A stretch of DNA of 32,000 nt from Granulicoccus sp. GXG6511. GTDB taxonomy: Bacteria > Actinomycetota > Actinomycetes > Propionibacteriales > Propionibacteriaceae. How positions within the stretch are numbered: the stretch's first letter is position 1; every line of letters starts with the position of its first letter. The notes below the pieces were generated by a model that did not search any database, was not told where the DNA came from, and saw only the letters and a program-made list of their open reading frames with translations. The translations under genes and the position numbers were made by a program. Positions 1 through 9,933 of the stretch are shown here, piece by piece. The DNA lies in the NCBI RefSeq assembly GCF_050880385.1, contig NZ_JBNZCI010000002.1, positions 86,682 to 118,681 of the forward strand, read 5' to 3'.

Positions 1-224
1 ATTCCGGCCCAGATCCGCATGGCCCAGCGGCCGATCTTCTTCTCCCTGGACAGCAACTGTGCCGAGCCGGGGACCAGCAGGGTCATCACCACCCGACCGA
101 AGCCACGCCAAAGGCGCAGGCGGTCGCTGCGGATCTGGGCAGCGGAACGGTAGGGCTTCGCCTGCTGTTCACGCGCCCCCGAATTGGGCACAGTGCTGCT
201 GCGATCGGTCCGGGAGTTCGCCAC
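1..224 (-). CDS. N-terminal part of a membrane-anchored protein running off the left edge; possibly a second LCP-family paralog
   Basis: Absent from the ORF track because it is truncated. My minus-strand translation reads VANSRTDRSSTVPNSGAREQQAKPYRSAAQIRSDRLRLWRGFGRVVMTLLVPGSAQLLSREKKIGRWAMRIWAG and continues past position 1. There is an in-frame stop upstream at 279-281. GTG candidates lie at 222-224 (AAAGG about 8 nt upstream) and 189-191. A basic stretch is followed by a hydrophobic segment. The family guess rests on N-terminal architecture only. Confidence 0.45.
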   Translation of the reverse strand, partial: MANSRTDRSSTVPNSGAREQQAKPYRSAAQIRSDRLRLWRGFGRVVMTLLVPGSAQLLSREKKIGRWAMRIWAG

Positions 225-379
225 TGTCGGGCCTTTCGGTGCTGCGAGGGGGAAGGAAGCACCCTTTGCTGGGTCGTTTCAGTATGAAGCGGCACCGAAA
301 CACAGTCCGCGCGCCACGCCGACCGTTACCAAGTGGCGACAAGGTGCACGGGACCGCCTGCCCGGTTACCTTTGGATCC

Positions 380-1660
380 ATGGCACCCGGCCGAGACGAT
401 GATCTGGACTGGCTCTATCGCTCCGATGGGGGCGACGAGCCCGAGCGGACGCGTCCGGAATCGCAACCGGACGGTCGCCGCAGAATGTCCTTCCGGGAGT
501 CGACACCTCCGGACGAAGGCCGGGCACGCCGCAAGGTGACGCCCGCGCCGCCGCCGCGGCCCGCCGAGCAGGCCACCCGACGGCAACCGGCCCGACCGTC
601 CCCCGCCCCCGCCCCGGCACCCGAAGCACGGTCCGCGCGGTCGGCCCGCCCAGCGGCTCGGCCGACCCAGCGCCGGACACGGCGGCGGCGACCGGTGCGG
701 AACTTCTTCCGGCTCGTCACCGTGCTGGTGCTCGCCTGGCTGGTGTTCCTCATCGGCACACCCGTTTATGCCTGGACGAACACGACGAAGGTCGACGCGA
801 TGCCGACCGGTGGCGAGCGGCCGTCACAACAGCCCGGCACGCTCTGGCTGCTGGTCGGATCCGACTCCCGGGAAGGGCTGAGCGCCGAGGAGCGGAAGCG
901 TCTCGGCACCGGGGACATCGAAGGCCGGCGCACCGACACGATGATGCTGTTGTTCGTCCCGACCTTCGGGAAGCCCGCGCTCATCTCGATCCCCCGCGAC
1001 TCCTTCGTCACGATTCCGGGTCACGGGCGCAACAAGATCAATGCGGCGTACGCCTTCGGCGGCGCCCCGCTGCTCATCCAGACCGTCGAGCAGAACACAG
1101 GGCTGCGGGTGGACCACTACGCAGAGATCGGCTTCGGTGGGTTCGTCAATGTGATCGATGCGCTCGGCGGCATAGAGATGTGTCCCAAGACCGCGATCAA
1201 GGACCACTACTCCCGACTGGACATCCCCGCCGGATGCCAGACCATGGACGGCCCGACCGCGCTCGGCTATGTGCGCATGCGTTATGCGGACCCGCTCGGC
1301 GATCTCGGCCGCATGCAGCGCCAACGCGAGATGGTGGCCGGGGTCGTCAAGAAGGCCGCGTCACCGATGACGCTGGTGAATCCGTTCCGTTGGTGGGGCA
1401 TCAACACCGGCGCAGCGGAATCCATCAACACCGACCAGGACACGGGGATGGCCACGCTGGCCCGCCTGGCGCTGCCGATGATGCGCATTGGCAGGGGCGA
1501 GGGCTACACCGTGATGGTGCCGGTGTCGAGCGCCAACACGACGACCAGCGCGGGCTCCTCGATGATCTGGGACAAGGAGAAGTCCGCGGAGATGTTCGCC
1601 GAGATCGCGGCTGGCGATACCTCGCAATTGGGGCGGTTCAGCAAGCTCCCCGGCGAATAG
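380..1660 (+). CDS. LytR-CpsA-Psr (LCP) family cell-envelope glycopolymer transferase
   Basis: The ORF 59..1660 carries the LCP core LWLLVGSDSREG...RTDTMMLLFVP...ISIPRDSFVTIPGHGRNKINAAYAFGG...GFGGFVNVIDALGGIEMC...GYVRMRY. It has a Pro/Arg-rich cytoplasmic N-terminus and one TM segment (FFRLVTVLVLAWLVFLIG). I chose the ATG at 380 (MAPGRDDDLDWLY); the in-frame ATG at 284 and GTG at 59 are alternatives. No clear SD precedes any of them. Confidence 0.85.
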   Translation: MAPGRDDDLDWLYRSDGGDEPERTRPESQPDGRRRMSFRESTPPDEGRARRKVTPAPPPRPAEQATRRQPARPSPAPAPAPEARSARSARPAARPTQRRTRRRRPVRNFFRLVTVLVLAWLVFLIGTPVYAWTNTTKVDAMPTGGERPSQQPGTLWLLVGSDSREGLSAEERKRLGTGDIEGRRTDTMMLLFVPTFGKPALISIPRDSFVTIPGHGRNKINAAYAFGGAPLLIQTVEQNTGLRVDHYAEIGFGGFVNVIDALGGIEMCPKTAIKDHYSRLDIPAGCQTMDGPTALGYVRMRYADPLGDLGRMQRQREMVAGVVKKAASPMTLVNPFRWWGINTGAAESINTDQDTGMATLARLALPMMRIGRGEGYTVMVPVSSANTTTSAGSSMIWDKEKSAEMFAEIAAGDTSQLGRFSKLPGE

Positions 1661-1791
1661 GCGACTCGGCCGTCAACCCTTCATCCGCAGTCCGGGTGAC
1701 ATCGGGGTCGACCGTGGGAACCGAGCGTGCCCACGGGACGTCTGGCATGGCATTGGCCGCCGCCGGGTGGCCCGAACAAGGGAGTTCCGAC

Positions 1792-2094
1792 ATGTTCCGC
1801 TCGCTTCTGCTCGGCGGTGCAGCCGCCCTCACCGGACTGACGCTCGCGGTCACCGGATGCTCGACAACACTCACCGTCGACGAGAGCACGGTGGAGCAAA
1901 CGATTCAGACTCGCCTCGGGGAGCAGATCAACGGCACGGTGGAAAGCGTCGACTGCCCCGAGGACCTCAAGGGCGAGATCGGTCAGACGATGCAGTGCAC
2001 GATGGTCGTCGATGGCCAAGAGCACAAGGTCGACGTCAACGTCACCTCCATCGAGGGCACGACCGTCAACTTCAACATGCGCGTCGTCGAATGA
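1792..2094 (+). CDS. small secreted lipoprotein, DUF4333-like
   Basis: MFRSLLLGGAAALTGLTLAVTGCSTT is a signal peptide with lipobox LAVTGC. The SD AAGGGAG lies at 1778-1784, 7 nt before the ATG. The mature part (VESVDCPEDLKGEIGQTMQCTM) looks like DUF4333 proteins. The longer track ORF from 1180 overlaps the LCP gene out of frame. Confidence 0.75.
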   Translation: MFRSLLLGGAAALTGLTLAVTGCSTTLTVDESTVEQTIQTRLGEQINGTVESVDCPEDLKGEIGQTMQCTMVVDGQEHKVDVNVTSIEGTTVNFNMRVVE

Positions 2095-2107
2095 CGTTGC
2101 TGTGAGC

Positions 2108-2137
2108 GAGGGCTCCGGACGCCGGTCCGGGGCCCTC
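2108..2137. terminator. bidirectional terminator-like hairpin between convergent genes
   Basis: gagggctccggac / gccg loop / gtccggggccctc forms a 13-bp stem with one G-U pair. It starts 14 nt after the lipoprotein stop and lies 39 nt beyond the acyl-CoA dehydrogenase stop. On the plus strand it is followed by gtgcttt. Confidence 0.6.
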
Positions 2138-2175
2138 GTGCTTTGACCCGCCCCACGGGTCAGATCCCGACGGAC

Positions 2176-3348
2176 TCAGCGGTTGCGCGGAAGCCCCTGC
2201 AACAGCTGGCGCCCCATCACGATGCGCTGAATCTGATTGGTGCCCTCATAGATCTGGGTGATCTTGGCGTCCCGCATCATGCGCTCCACCGGATAATCCC
2301 GCGTGTACCCATAACCACCCAGCAGCTGCACCGCGTCCGTCGTGATCTCCATCGCGACGTCCGAGGCGAAACACTTCGCAGCGGCGCCGAAGTAGGTGAG
2401 GTCCGCATCATTGCGCTCGGACCGGCAGGCTGCGGCGTACGTCAACTGTCGCGCCGCCTCCAACTTCATCCCCATGTCCGCCAGCATGAACTGAACGCCC
2501 TGGTTGTCGGCCACCGGCCGGCCGAACTGCTTGCGCTCCTGGACATAGCCGAGCGCGAAGTCCAGAGCGCCCTGGGCGATGCCAACGGCCTGCGCCGCGA
2601 TCGTGATGCGCGTGTGGTCGAGGGTCTTCATCGCCACGACGAAGCCCTGATTGACCTCGCCGACCAGGCGGTCGCCCGGAATCCGGACCGAATCGAGGAT
2701 GACCTGACGGGTGGGAGATCCCTTGATGCCGAGCTTCTTCTCCTTGGCGCCGAACGACACCCCTTCGTCGGATTTGTGCACCACGAAGCACGAGATGCCG
2801 CGGGACTTCGCCGCGGGATCGGTGGCCGCGAACACCGTGTACCACTCAGCCTCTCCGGCATTCGAGATCCACGCCTTGGTCCCGTTGAGCACCCAGTCGT
2901 CGCCGTCGGCCACGGCGCGCGCCTTCATGCCGGCCACGTCGGAGCCGGCATCGGGCTCCGAAAGCGCATAGGAAATGAGTCCTTCGCCGCGGGCGACCTT
3001 CGGCAGGTACGCCTGCTTGAGCTCGTCCGATCCGGCCAACAACAAGGGGAACGTGGCCAGCTTGTTGACCGCGGGGATGAGCGAGGAGGAGGCACAGGCA
3101 CGGGCCACCTCCTCGATGATGATCACGGTCGCGAGCGCATCGGCTCCGACGCCGTCGTATTCCTCGGGAATGTGCGGCGCGTGAAAATCGCCCTGCTTCA
3201 GCGCGGCATAGGCCGCCGCCGGGAATTCCGCGTTCTCGTCCACCGCCGCCGCGGCGGGAGCGATCTTCTCCTCCGCGATCTCGCGAATCGCGGCGCGGAA
3301 CATCTCGTGGTCCTCGGTCGGGCGATACATGTCATCGAAGGTGCTCAC
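2176..3348 (-). CDS. acyl-CoA dehydrogenase (FadE25-like, short/medium chain type)
   Basis: The 390 aa product shows ACAD motifs throughout: YALSEPDAGSD, WISNAG, KLGIKGSPT, QFGRP..NQGVQFMLADM, and QLLGGYGYTRDYPVERMMRDAKITQIYEGTNQIQR. From memory it aligns along its whole length with M. tuberculosis FadE25 and sits in the same position next to purE. The start is GTG at 3346-3348. Confidence 0.93.
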   Translation of the reverse strand: MSTFDDMYRPTEDHEMFRAAIREIAEEKIAPAAAAVDENAEFPAAAYAALKQGDFHAPHIPEEYDGVGADALATVIIIEEVARACASSSLIPAVNKLATFPLLLAGSDELKQAYLPKVARGEGLISYALSEPDAGSDVAGMKARAVADGDDWVLNGTKAWISNAGEAEWYTVFAATDPAAKSRGISCFVVHKSDEGVSFGAKEKKLGIKGSPTRQVILDSVRIPGDRLVGEVNQGFVVAMKTLDHTRITIAAQAVGIAQGALDFALGYVQERKQFGRPVADNQGVQFMLADMGMKLEAARQLTYAAACRSERNDADLTYFGAAAKCFASDVAMEITTDAVQLLGGYGYTRDYPVERMMRDAKITQIYEGTNQIQRIVMGRQLLQGLPRNR

Positions 3349-3371
3349 GCCCCGATATTACTGGCCAGTCA

Positions 3372-4136
3372 CTAATGTTCGCGAGGGTCCGGGGAAGTCC
3401 CTTCGCCCAGCATCCGACGGACCAACAGCGTCGCCCCGGCGACAGCCGCGGGGAGGACCAGCACCGCCACCCCCGGGATCGACAACAACCAGAACGTGGG
3501 CACGCCGAAACCCAACGCCAACGCGCCGTTGCCCTTGAGCACGGGCCGCCGGTCGGCGGTCTGCAACAGCCCGCGACGCTCGAACGCGGGTCCGGTGATC
3601 TCACGGACCATCAACCGGCCACCGGTGAGGGCCGACGCGACCGCGGCCAGGGCCGCCCCGGCGGCCGGAACCAGCCCGACGAGAAAACAACCGACCGCGG
3701 CCAGCACCGAGAGCCCGACCGTCGCAACCGCCTGGGACAGCGATCGAGCGATCATCGCGCCCGTGGCCTCGTCCGGCTCCGGCGGCAGCGGCCCGAGTTC
3801 GGCGTCCACCCGCCGGGAGATCCGTTGATAGATCGGGTCACCGAGCGTGAGCGTGATCGTGGTGAAGGTGAGCACCATGACGAGGATCGCGGCGAGGAAC
3901 ACCACCACGCCGATGATCGCGCGCACCACGGTCCCCGCCGTGCCCCACTGCTGGGTGAAACCGGTGAGCGCACCGACGATCGAATCCAGGTTCAGCCCGA
4001 GCACGACCAGCCCGACGACCATGAGCACCGAGGTGACGAGCGGCGGCACCATGCCCAAGCCGAAGAGCTTCGGGCGCGAGAGCACGATGCCCAGTCCGCG
4101 GAACAGGAAGCCCGCGCCCGTCAGAACCCGGCCCAC
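3372..4136 (-). CDS. EI24/CysZ-like polytopic membrane protein
   Basis: The 254 aa product has several hydrophobic helices. An N-terminal GAGFLFRGLGIVLSRPKLFGLGMVPPL motif is typical of the EI24-domain family. The GTG start lies 5 nt after the purE stop, suggesting an operon with purK-purE. Confidence 0.6.
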   Translation of the reverse strand: MGRVLTGAGFLFRGLGIVLSRPKLFGLGMVPPLVTSVLMVVGLVVLGLNLDSIVGALTGFTQQWGTAGTVVRAIIGVVVFLAAILVMVLTFTTITLTLGDPIYQRISRRVDAELGPLPPEPDEATGAMIARSLSQAVATVGLSVLAAVGCFLVGLVPAAGAALAAVASALTGGRLMVREITGPAFERRGLLQTADRRPVLKGNGALALGFGVPTFWLLSIPGVAVLVLPAAVAGATLLVRRMLGEGTSPDPREH

Positions 4137-4141
4137 GGTCG

Positions 4142-4720
4142 TCAGTTCCGTCCGGTGGCGGCGCGCACCTTCTCACCCTTGGCGTGAGCGGCCTGCTTGA
4201 GATCCTCCTGGAACTCCAGCATCCGCCGGGTCAGCGCCTGATCCCCGGCGGCGAGAATGCGGACGGCGAGCAGGCCCGCATTGCGGGCGTTGCCGACAGC
4301 GACGGTCGCCACCGGCACGCCTGCCGGCATCTGGACGATCGACAACAGCGAGTCCATGCCGTCCAGATATTTGAGCGCGACCGGCACACCGATCACCGGC
4401 AGCGGGGTCACGGCCGCCAGCATCCCCGGCAGATGCGCCGCCCCGCCTGCGCCGGCGATGATGACCTCCAGCCCGCGCTCGTGCGCGGTGCGGCCATAGT
4501 CGATCATCTCGGTCGGCATCCGGTGGGCCGAGACGACGTCGGCCTCGAACGGGATGTCGAACTCGGTGAGTGCCTCGGCCGCCGCCTGCATCGTCGGCCA
4601 GTCGGAGTCCGAGCCCATCACGATGCCGACCCGCGCCTCGGCATTCCGCCCGATGCCTCGTCGTCCCCAACCGGTGGTGCTGCCGCCACGATCGGTGTTC
4701 TCCTTGCCGATGTCAGTCAT
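4142..4720 (-). CDS. purE: N5-carboxyaminoimidazole ribonucleotide mutase
   Basis: Motifs: [55 protein letters not shown]. The ATG overlaps the purK stop (ATGACTGA). About 30 aa of N-terminal extension precede the conserved core. Confidence 0.95.
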   Translation of the reverse strand: MTDIGKENTDRGGSTTGWGRRGIGRNAEARVGIVMGSDSDWPTMQAAAEALTEFDIPFEADVVSAHRMPTEMIDYGRTAHERGLEVIIAGAGGAAHLPGMLAAVTPLPVIGVPVALKYLDGMDSLLSIVQMPAGVPVATVAVGNARNAGLLAVRILAAGDQALTRRMLEFQEDLKQAAHAKGEKVRAATGRN

Positions 4721-5873
4721 GGTCCTCGATCCCCATCAGATAGTTCGCGGCGTGGTGGGCCCGGCGCCGGACCTCGTCGAGATCGTCACCGAACGTGTTC
4801 ACGTGACCGACTTTGCGGCCCGGCTTGACTTCCTTGCCATACAACTCCACCCGCAGCCGCCGGTCACGAGCGAAACAGTGCAGCAGGGCGGACGGCAGAT
4901 CGGCGACCGAGCCGCCGAGGACATTGGCCATCACCGTCCACGGTGCCCGGGTCGTGGGATCGCCGAGCGGCAGGTCGAGCACGGCGCGCAGATGGTTCTC
5001 GAACTGGGAGGTGTGGGATCCGTCCAGGGTCCAGTGGCCGGTGTTGTGGGGGCGCATGGCGAGTTCGTTGACGACGACGCTGCCGTCCTTGCGCTGCATC
5101 AGCTCCACCGCCAGCATCCCGACAACGCCGAGGTCATGGGCGACGCCGAGCGCCAGGCGCTGAAAATCGACCGCCTGGTCCGCGGTGAGACCCGGCGCGG
5201 GCGTGATCGTCTCTGTGCAGATGCCGTGGGTCTGAATCGACTCGGAGATCGGATAGGCCACGGCCTGCCCGGACGGCGAACGGACCACCAGCGCAGACAG
5301 TTCCCGGTCGAAGTCGACGAACTCCTCCGCGACCACCGGCACGCCATCGGTGATGCCCGCGAACAGTTCCTCCGCGTCCTCGTCGGAGTCGATCTTCCAG
5401 ACACCCTTGCCGTCATAGCCACCGCGCGCGGCTTTGGCGACCACCGGATATCCGCCCTGAGCAGCCGCGAACTCCTGCAGGTCGGCCGCATGCGCGACGA
5501 CCCGCCAGGCGGGGCACGGGACGCCGGCACCGCTGAGGCGCTCGCGCATGACGGCCTTGTCCTGGGCGTGGATCAGCGCAGCGGGGCCCGGACGCACCTG
5601 GATGCCGGCCGCCTCGAGGTCCCGCAGGATGCTGGTCGGCACGTGCTCGTGGTCGAACGTGATGACGTCACAGTCCGCCGCGAATTCCCGCACGGTTGCG
5701 GGATCCGTGTAGTCCCCCACGACCACGTCATGGCACACCTGGGCGGCGCTCACCGCGGGCCCCTCCGCCAGCAGCCGGACGGTGATGCCGAGACGCACGG
5801 ACGCTGCGTACATCATCCGGGCCAGCTGGCCGCCGCCAACGATGCCGACCACAAAAGTTCGGGGCTCTGACAC
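4713..5873 (-). CDS. purK: 5-(carboxyamino)imidazole ribonucleotide synthase (ATP-grasp)
   Basis: The 386 aa product reads [13 protein letters not shown]...ITFDHEHVP...[17 protein letters not shown]...[13 protein letters not shown]...GRKVGHVN. It overlaps purE by 8 nt. Confidence 0.95.
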   Translation of the reverse strand: MSEPRTFVVGIVGGGQLARMMYAASVRLGITVRLLAEGPAVSAAQVCHDVVVGDYTDPATVREFAADCDVITFDHEHVPTSILRDLEAAGIQVRPGPAALIHAQDKAVMRERLSGAGVPCPAWRVVAHAADLQEFAAAQGGYPVVAKAARGGYDGKGVWKIDSDEDAEELFAGITDGVPVVAEEFVDFDRELSALVVRSPSGQAVAYPISESIQTHGICTETITPAPGLTADQAVDFQRLALGVAHDLGVVGMLAVELMQRKDGSVVVNELAMRPHNTGHWTLDGSHTSQFENHLRAVLDLPLGDPTTRAPWTVMANVLGGSVADLPSALLHCFARDRRLRVELYGKEVKPGRKVGHVNTFGDDLDEVRRRAHHAANYLMGIEDHD

Positions 5874-5982
5874 CCCGACAGTCTGACAGATAGCACGGAG
5901 GCCACCGGGCGGATGTCAGCCGACCGGAACGGACGGTGGCGGTCCGCCCGCGATAATGTGTGGCCGGACCGACAGGAGAACC

Positions 5983-6597
5983 ATGACCCAGATCGACAAC
6001 AGTGCGGTGCTGTGGCGGGAAGGCACCGGCGACGAGCTCGTCATCGCCATGCACGGCTTCGGCGCGGACGAGCGGGACCTGTTCAGCGTGGCGCAATATC
6101 TGCCCCGCGAGCTGACTGTCGCCGCACTGCGGGGCCCGGCCACGAGTCCGTTCGGCGGCTATGCCTGGTTCGAATTCAACCCTGCGGTCGACAGCACCGA
6201 TCACACGATGATCGATCGGTCGGCCGGCTTGGTGCTGGGCTGGCTGGATTCTTTGGAGCGGGAGTACGCGCGCGTGCATGCGTTCGGGTTCTCACAGGGC
6301 GGCGCGGTCGCTGTGCAACTCACCCGCCTGCAGCCGGGTCGTTTCGCGTCCGTGTGCCACCTGTCGAGCTTCGTGCACAACGGCGACCTCCCCCGCGATG
6401 CGGAGCTCGCCGAACGGCGACTGCCCCTGTTCCAGGGCATCGGCCACGAGGACGACGTGATCGCCACCGACAAGCGCGAGCGCAGCATCCCGTGGCTGGA
6501 TGAGCATTTCGACGTCGAGCGGCACTACTACCAGCGTGGGCACACGATCGCGGTGGACGAGCTCCACGACGTCGCCGCGTTCCTGTCGCGGGTCTGA
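5983..6597 (+). CDS. alpha/beta hydrolase, phospholipase/carboxylesterase (dienelactone hydrolase-like) family
   Basis: Contains the nucleophile elbow GFSQGG, and VIAMHGFGADERDL and HGHEDDV-type motifs are also present. The SD AGGAGA at 5974-5979 precedes the ATG at 5983 (MTQIDNS). The track start at 5956 is less likely. Confidence 0.75.
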   Translation: MTQIDNSAVLWREGTGDELVIAMHGFGADERDLFSVAQYLPRELTVAALRGPATSPFGGYAWFEFNPAVDSTDHTMIDRSAGLVLGWLDSLEREYARVHAFGFSQGGAVAVQLTRLQPGRFASVCHLSSFVHNGDLPRDAELAERRLPLFQGIGHEDDVIATDKRERSIPWLDEHFDVERHYYQRGHTIAVDELHDVAAFLSRV

Positions 6598-7035
6598 TCA
6601 GATCAGCCGGAAGATCACCCAGCGCTGGATCACGAAGTTGCAGATCGTCGCCGCGCCCTGCGCGATGACGAACGCGATGAGCTGCGCGGTCGGATAGTCG
6701 ACGTGGTCCATAAGCCACGGCCGCGTCAGGGCATAGAGCCCGACCTGCAGCGCGAACGTGAGCAGATAGGAGACCCACACGGCGACCAGACGGCGCGTCG
6801 ACGGCGCGGCCTTGAACGTCCAGCGGCGGTTGATCGCATAGGCCGTCGTGGTCCCCAGCACGAACGAGATCGCCTTGGCGATGTTGTCCGGCAGCCCGAT
6901 CAGGTGCGTCATGATCAGCAGGGAGCCGAAGTCGACGATCGCCGAGAACCCACCGGTCACGGTGAAGCGGAAGAGTTGGGTGAACAGCCCCGGCGCCTGC
7001 TGTGCCGGAGTGGTCTGTTCGAGAGGGATCGTCAC
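6598..7035 (-). CDS. GtrA-like membrane protein
   Basis: The C-terminal 145 aa of track ORF 6598..7632 read [22 protein letters not shown]...[11 protein letters not shown]...[11 protein letters not shown], the GtrA family signature with 4 TM segments. The upstream part of that ORF overlaps birA out of frame. GTG at 7033-7035 is the first plausible start after the birA stop; the start is uncertain. Confidence 0.7.
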   Translation of the reverse strand: MTIPLEQTTPAQQAPGLFTQLFRFTVTGGFSAIVDFGSLLIMTHLIGLPDNIAKAISFVLGTTTAYAINRRWTFKAAPSTRRLVAVWVSYLLTFALQVGLYALTRPWLMDHVDYPTAQLIAFVIAQGAATICNFVIQRWVIFRLI

Positions 7036-7094
7036 CCCGTCAGCGTAAACGACACGCCCGGCTTCCCCCGCGTCCTCGTTGCCGAGGACGGAAC

Positions 7095-7907
7095 TCAGCG
7101 GTCTTTGATCTGGTCGGGAACGCGACGCAGATGGACGACGTCGCCGGCGGAGAACGTGCGTACTCCCTCGGGCGTCTCCACCCGCAATCCACCCGCCGGG
7201 TCGATGCCGACCGCGGTGCCGGTGATCTCCGCGTCGGTGAGTTGCACCCGCACGTGCCGCCCGATCGTCACGCAGCGCTCGGCATAGCGGACCGCGAGTT
7301 GGTCGGGCGCTTCGCGCCAGAGCGAGTACGCCGCCGCGAGTGCCCGGAGGACCTCGCTCATGAGTGCGGTCTTGTCGACCTGGGCACCCTCCAACCGCAG
7401 GGACGTGGCGGTGTCGACCGGCAACTCGTCGCGGTCCATGGACACGTTGATGCCGAAGCCGAGGATCACCGCGGGCCCGGTCGGGGTCTCGACGCGCTCG
7501 GCGAGCAGACCGCAAAGCTTCCGGTCCGCGACCAGCACGTCGTTGGGCCACTTCAGCCCGACCGGCAGACCGGTGGCCACCCGCAGCCCGTCCACGAGCC
7601 CGAGTCCGGTCATCAGGGACAGCCACGGCCACCGTTCGACAGGGACGCCGACCGGCCGGAGCAGCACGGAGGTGGCGACCGAAACACCCGGCGGAGTCGT
7701 CCAGGCCCGATCAAGACGGCCGCGTCCTGCGGTCTGGTTGTCGGTCATGAGAATCGTGCCGTCTGCGGCGCCGCGACGGGCGGCGGCGGACAGGTCCTCG
7801 TTGGTGGACCCGGTTGCGGCCAGCACGGTCACCGAGGTCCACGGCGAGCCGGCCCCCACGAGGTCAGCGGTGAGGGCAGCGGCGTCGGGGGGCGGGGTTG
7901 CGGGCAC
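7095..7907 (-). CDS. birA: biotin--[acetyl-CoA-carboxylase] ligase, group I (no N-terminal HTH)
   Basis: The C-terminal 270 aa of track ORF 7095..9584 carry [51 protein letters not shown] and a C-terminal SAGDVVHLR. The rest of that ORF is antisense to accD5. GTG at 7905-7907 is chosen because the upstream Val codons are GTA. It is divergent from accD5, as I recall for M. tuberculosis. Confidence 0.88.
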   Translation of the reverse strand: MPATPPPDAAALTADLVGAGSPWTSVTVLAATGSTNEDLSAAARRGAADGTILMTDNQTAGRGRLDRAWTTPPGVSVATSVLLRPVGVPVERWPWLSLMTGLGLVDGLRVATGLPVGLKWPNDVLVADRKLCGLLAERVETPTGPAVILGFGINVSMDRDELPVDTATSLRLEGAQVDKTALMSEVLRALAAAYSLWREAPDQLAVRYAERCVTIGRHVRVQLTDAEITGTAVGIDPAGGLRVETPEGVRTFSAGDVVHLRRVPDQIKDR

Positions 7908-8027
7908 GGTCCCCGAGATTACCCGAGGGGCCGATACGCCTCGCCACGGCAGAAACGTGCCGCATCCCACGTCGGAGATTTGTGGCCGTTCCGGCGAGCC
8001 GGTGTCCCCGACGCTACGCTGCCCACT

Positions 8028-9602
8028 ATGGAGATCGACATCCACACCACGGCTGGCAAACTCGCAGACCTCGCCCGGCGCACCGACGAAGCAGTGCACG
8101 CGGGGTCGGCCGCCGCAGTGGAGAAGCAGCATGCCAAGGGCAAGCTGACCGCCCGGGAGCGCATCGACCTGCTCCTCGACCCGGGATCGTTCGCAGAACT
8201 GGACGAGTTCGCCCGGCACCGGTCGACCGCGTTCGGGATGGACAAGCGCCGCCCCTACGGCGACGGCGTCGTCACCGGCGTCGGCGCGATCAACGGGCGC
8301 CCGGTGTGCGTGTTCTCCCAGGACGTCACCGTGTTCGGCGGGTCGCTGGGACAGGTCTATGGCGAGAAGATCGTCAAGATCATCGACTTCGCCCTCAAGA
8401 CGGGATGCCCGCTGATCGGCATCAACGAGGGCGGCGGTGCCCGCATCCAGGAAGGCGTGGTCTCGCTCGGCCTTTATGGGGAGATCTTCAAGCGGAACAC
8501 CATTGCTTCGGGCGTGATCCCGCAGATCTCCCTGATCATGGGTGCAGCCGCGGGCGGGCATGTCTATTCGCCGGCGCTCACCGACTTCGTGGTGATGGTC
8601 GACCAGACCTCCCAGATGTTCATCACCGGCCCGGACGTCATCAAGACGGTCACCGGCGAGGACGTGTCGATGGAGGAGCTCGGCGGCGGCCGCACGCACA
8701 ACACCAAGTCGGGCAACGCGCACTATCTGGCGGCGGACGAGGAGGACGCGATCGATTACGTGCGCGACCTGCTCAGCTATCTGCCGCAGAACAACCTCGA
8801 GGATCCGCCGCTCTATGGCGACGACGAGGACGACCTGCAGGTCACCGAGCACGACCGACTGCTCGACACGCTGATCCCGGATTCCCCCAATCAGCCATAT
8901 GACATGAAGTCCGTCATCACCAACGTTCTCGACGATGACGAGTTCTTGGAGACCTCGCCGCTGTTCGCGCCGAACATCGTGACCGGGTTCGGCCGCGTGG
9001 AGGGGCGTTCGATCGGCATCGTCGCCAACCAGCCGCTGCACTATGCAGGCTGTCTCGATATCGATGCCTCCGAGAAGGCCGCGCGGTTCGTGCGGACCTG
9101 TGATGCGTTCAACATTCCCGTCCTCACGTTCGTCGACGTGCCCGGCTTCCTGCCGGGTGTCGACCAGGAGCATGCGGGCATCATCCGGCGTGGCGCCAAG
9201 CTGATTTATGCGTACGCGGAGGCGACCGTGCCGCTCGTGACGGTCATCACCCGCAAGGCCTATGGCGGCGCCTATGACGTCATGGGGTCCAAGCATCTCG
9301 GCGCCGACGTCAACCTCGCCTGGCCGACGGCCCAGATCGCGGTCATGGGCGCTCAGGGCGCGGTGAACATTCTCTACCGCAAGGAACTTGCTGGATCGTC
9401 CGATCCCGATACCGAGCGTGCTCGGCTCATGCAGGCCTATGACGACGAACTCGCCAACCCCTATGTCGCGGCCGAACGTGGCTATATCGACCAGGTGATC
9501 TATCCGCATCAGACGCGTTACGAGATCATCCGCATGCTGCGGCTGCTGCGCACGAAGCGACAGTCCTTGCCACCCAAGAAGCACGGCAACATCCCGCTGT
9601 GA
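8028..9602 (+). CDS. accD5: acyl-CoA (propionyl/acetyl-CoA) carboxylase carboxyltransferase beta subunit
   Basis: The 524 aa product starts [18 protein letters not shown]...[23 protein letters not shown]. It also has [29 protein letters not shown]-type, [17 protein letters not shown] and [17 protein letters not shown] motifs. The ATG is at 8028, 120 bp from the birA start. Confidence 0.95.
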   Translation: MEIDIHTTAGKLADLARRTDEAVHAGSAAAVEKQHAKGKLTARERIDLLLDPGSFAELDEFARHRSTAFGMDKRRPYGDGVVTGVGAINGRPVCVFSQDVTVFGGSLGQVYGEKIVKIIDFALKTGCPLIGINEGGGARIQEGVVSLGLYGEIFKRNTIASGVIPQISLIMGAAAGGHVYSPALTDFVVMVDQTSQMFITGPDVIKTVTGEDVSMEELGGGRTHNTKSGNAHYLAADEEDAIDYVRDLLSYLPQNNLEDPPLYGDDEDDLQVTEHDRLLDTLIPDSPNQPYDMKSVITNVLDDDEFLETSPLFAPNIVTGFGRVEGRSIGIVANQPLHYAGCLDIDASEKAARFVRTCDAFNIPVLTFVDVPGFLPGVDQEHAGIIRRGAKLIYAYAEATVPLVTVITRKAYGGAYDVMGSKHLGADVNLAWPTAQIAVMGAQGAVNILYRKELAGSSDPDTERARLMQAYDDELANPYVAAERGYIDQVIYPHQTRYEIIRMLRLLRTKRQSLPPKKHGNIPL

Positions 9603-9606
9603 GGTT

Positions 9607-9843
9607 GTGATGAGCGATTCAGTCAGTCACCCGCCGGTCGTGACGGTGGTGTCGGGTTCCCCCACGGCCGAGGAACTCGCGGCCATCGTGACGGTGCTGA
9701 CCGCAGCCGCCGCGTCGCCCGCCGACGGCCCGGAGGTCCGGCGCTCCGACCGGCCGCGCGTCGGTGGCTGGCGGTCCTACACGCGCGTGCTGCGGGGTGC
9801 GGCGTACCCGGGTCCGGGGGCTTGGCGCGACATCGACCACTGA
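9607..9843 (+). CDS. accE: acyl-CoA carboxylase epsilon subunit
   Basis: This small ORF starts 5 nt after the accD5 stop (GTG 9607 or ATG 9610). The sequence VVSGSPTAEELAAIVTVLTAAAA...WRSYTRVLR is typical of AccE5/PccE peptides. Confidence 0.8.
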   Translation: MMSDSVSHPPVVTVVSGSPTAEELAAIVTVLTAAAASPADGPEVRRSDRPRVGGWRSYTRVLRGAAYPGPGAWRDIDH

Positions 9844-9933
9844 CCGCCGACGCGGTGTCGCACGGGCACAGGCGATTCGCTACCGTAACTGCACTGCCTG
9901 CCCACCGGGGCCGGCGCAGCGAAAGGAGTCGCC

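Noticed and set aside
1661-1791. Possible riboswitch (a cyclic-di-AMP/ydaO-type was considered) in the 131-nt spacer before the DUF4333 lipoprotein gene
   Set aside because: Only one simple hairpin is present (CCGTGGG-N11-CCCACGG, 1712-1736). I could not find the pseudo-symmetric conserved cores of that riboswitch class. It is more likely a weak terminator for the LCP gene.
2143-5870. Plus-strand ORFs 2143..3375, 3375..4187 and 4554..5870 (410, 270 and 438 aa)
   Set aside because: Each mirrors a well-supported minus-strand gene (acyl-CoA dehydrogenase, EI24-like, purK). Their translations are Arg/His/Asp/Gly-rich with no motifs. They are shadow ORFs.
7036-7632. Upstream 199 codons of track ORF 6598..7632 (GtrA-like)
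   Set aside because: It overlaps birA on the same strand in another frame and is Arg/Ala/Gly-rich filler. The GtrA signature starts only after the birA stop.
7908-9584. N-terminal 560 aa of the 829-aa ORF that contains birA
   Set aside because: This part is antisense to accD5, which is clearly real. Only the last 270 aa carry BirA motifs. The extension has no domain-like sequence.
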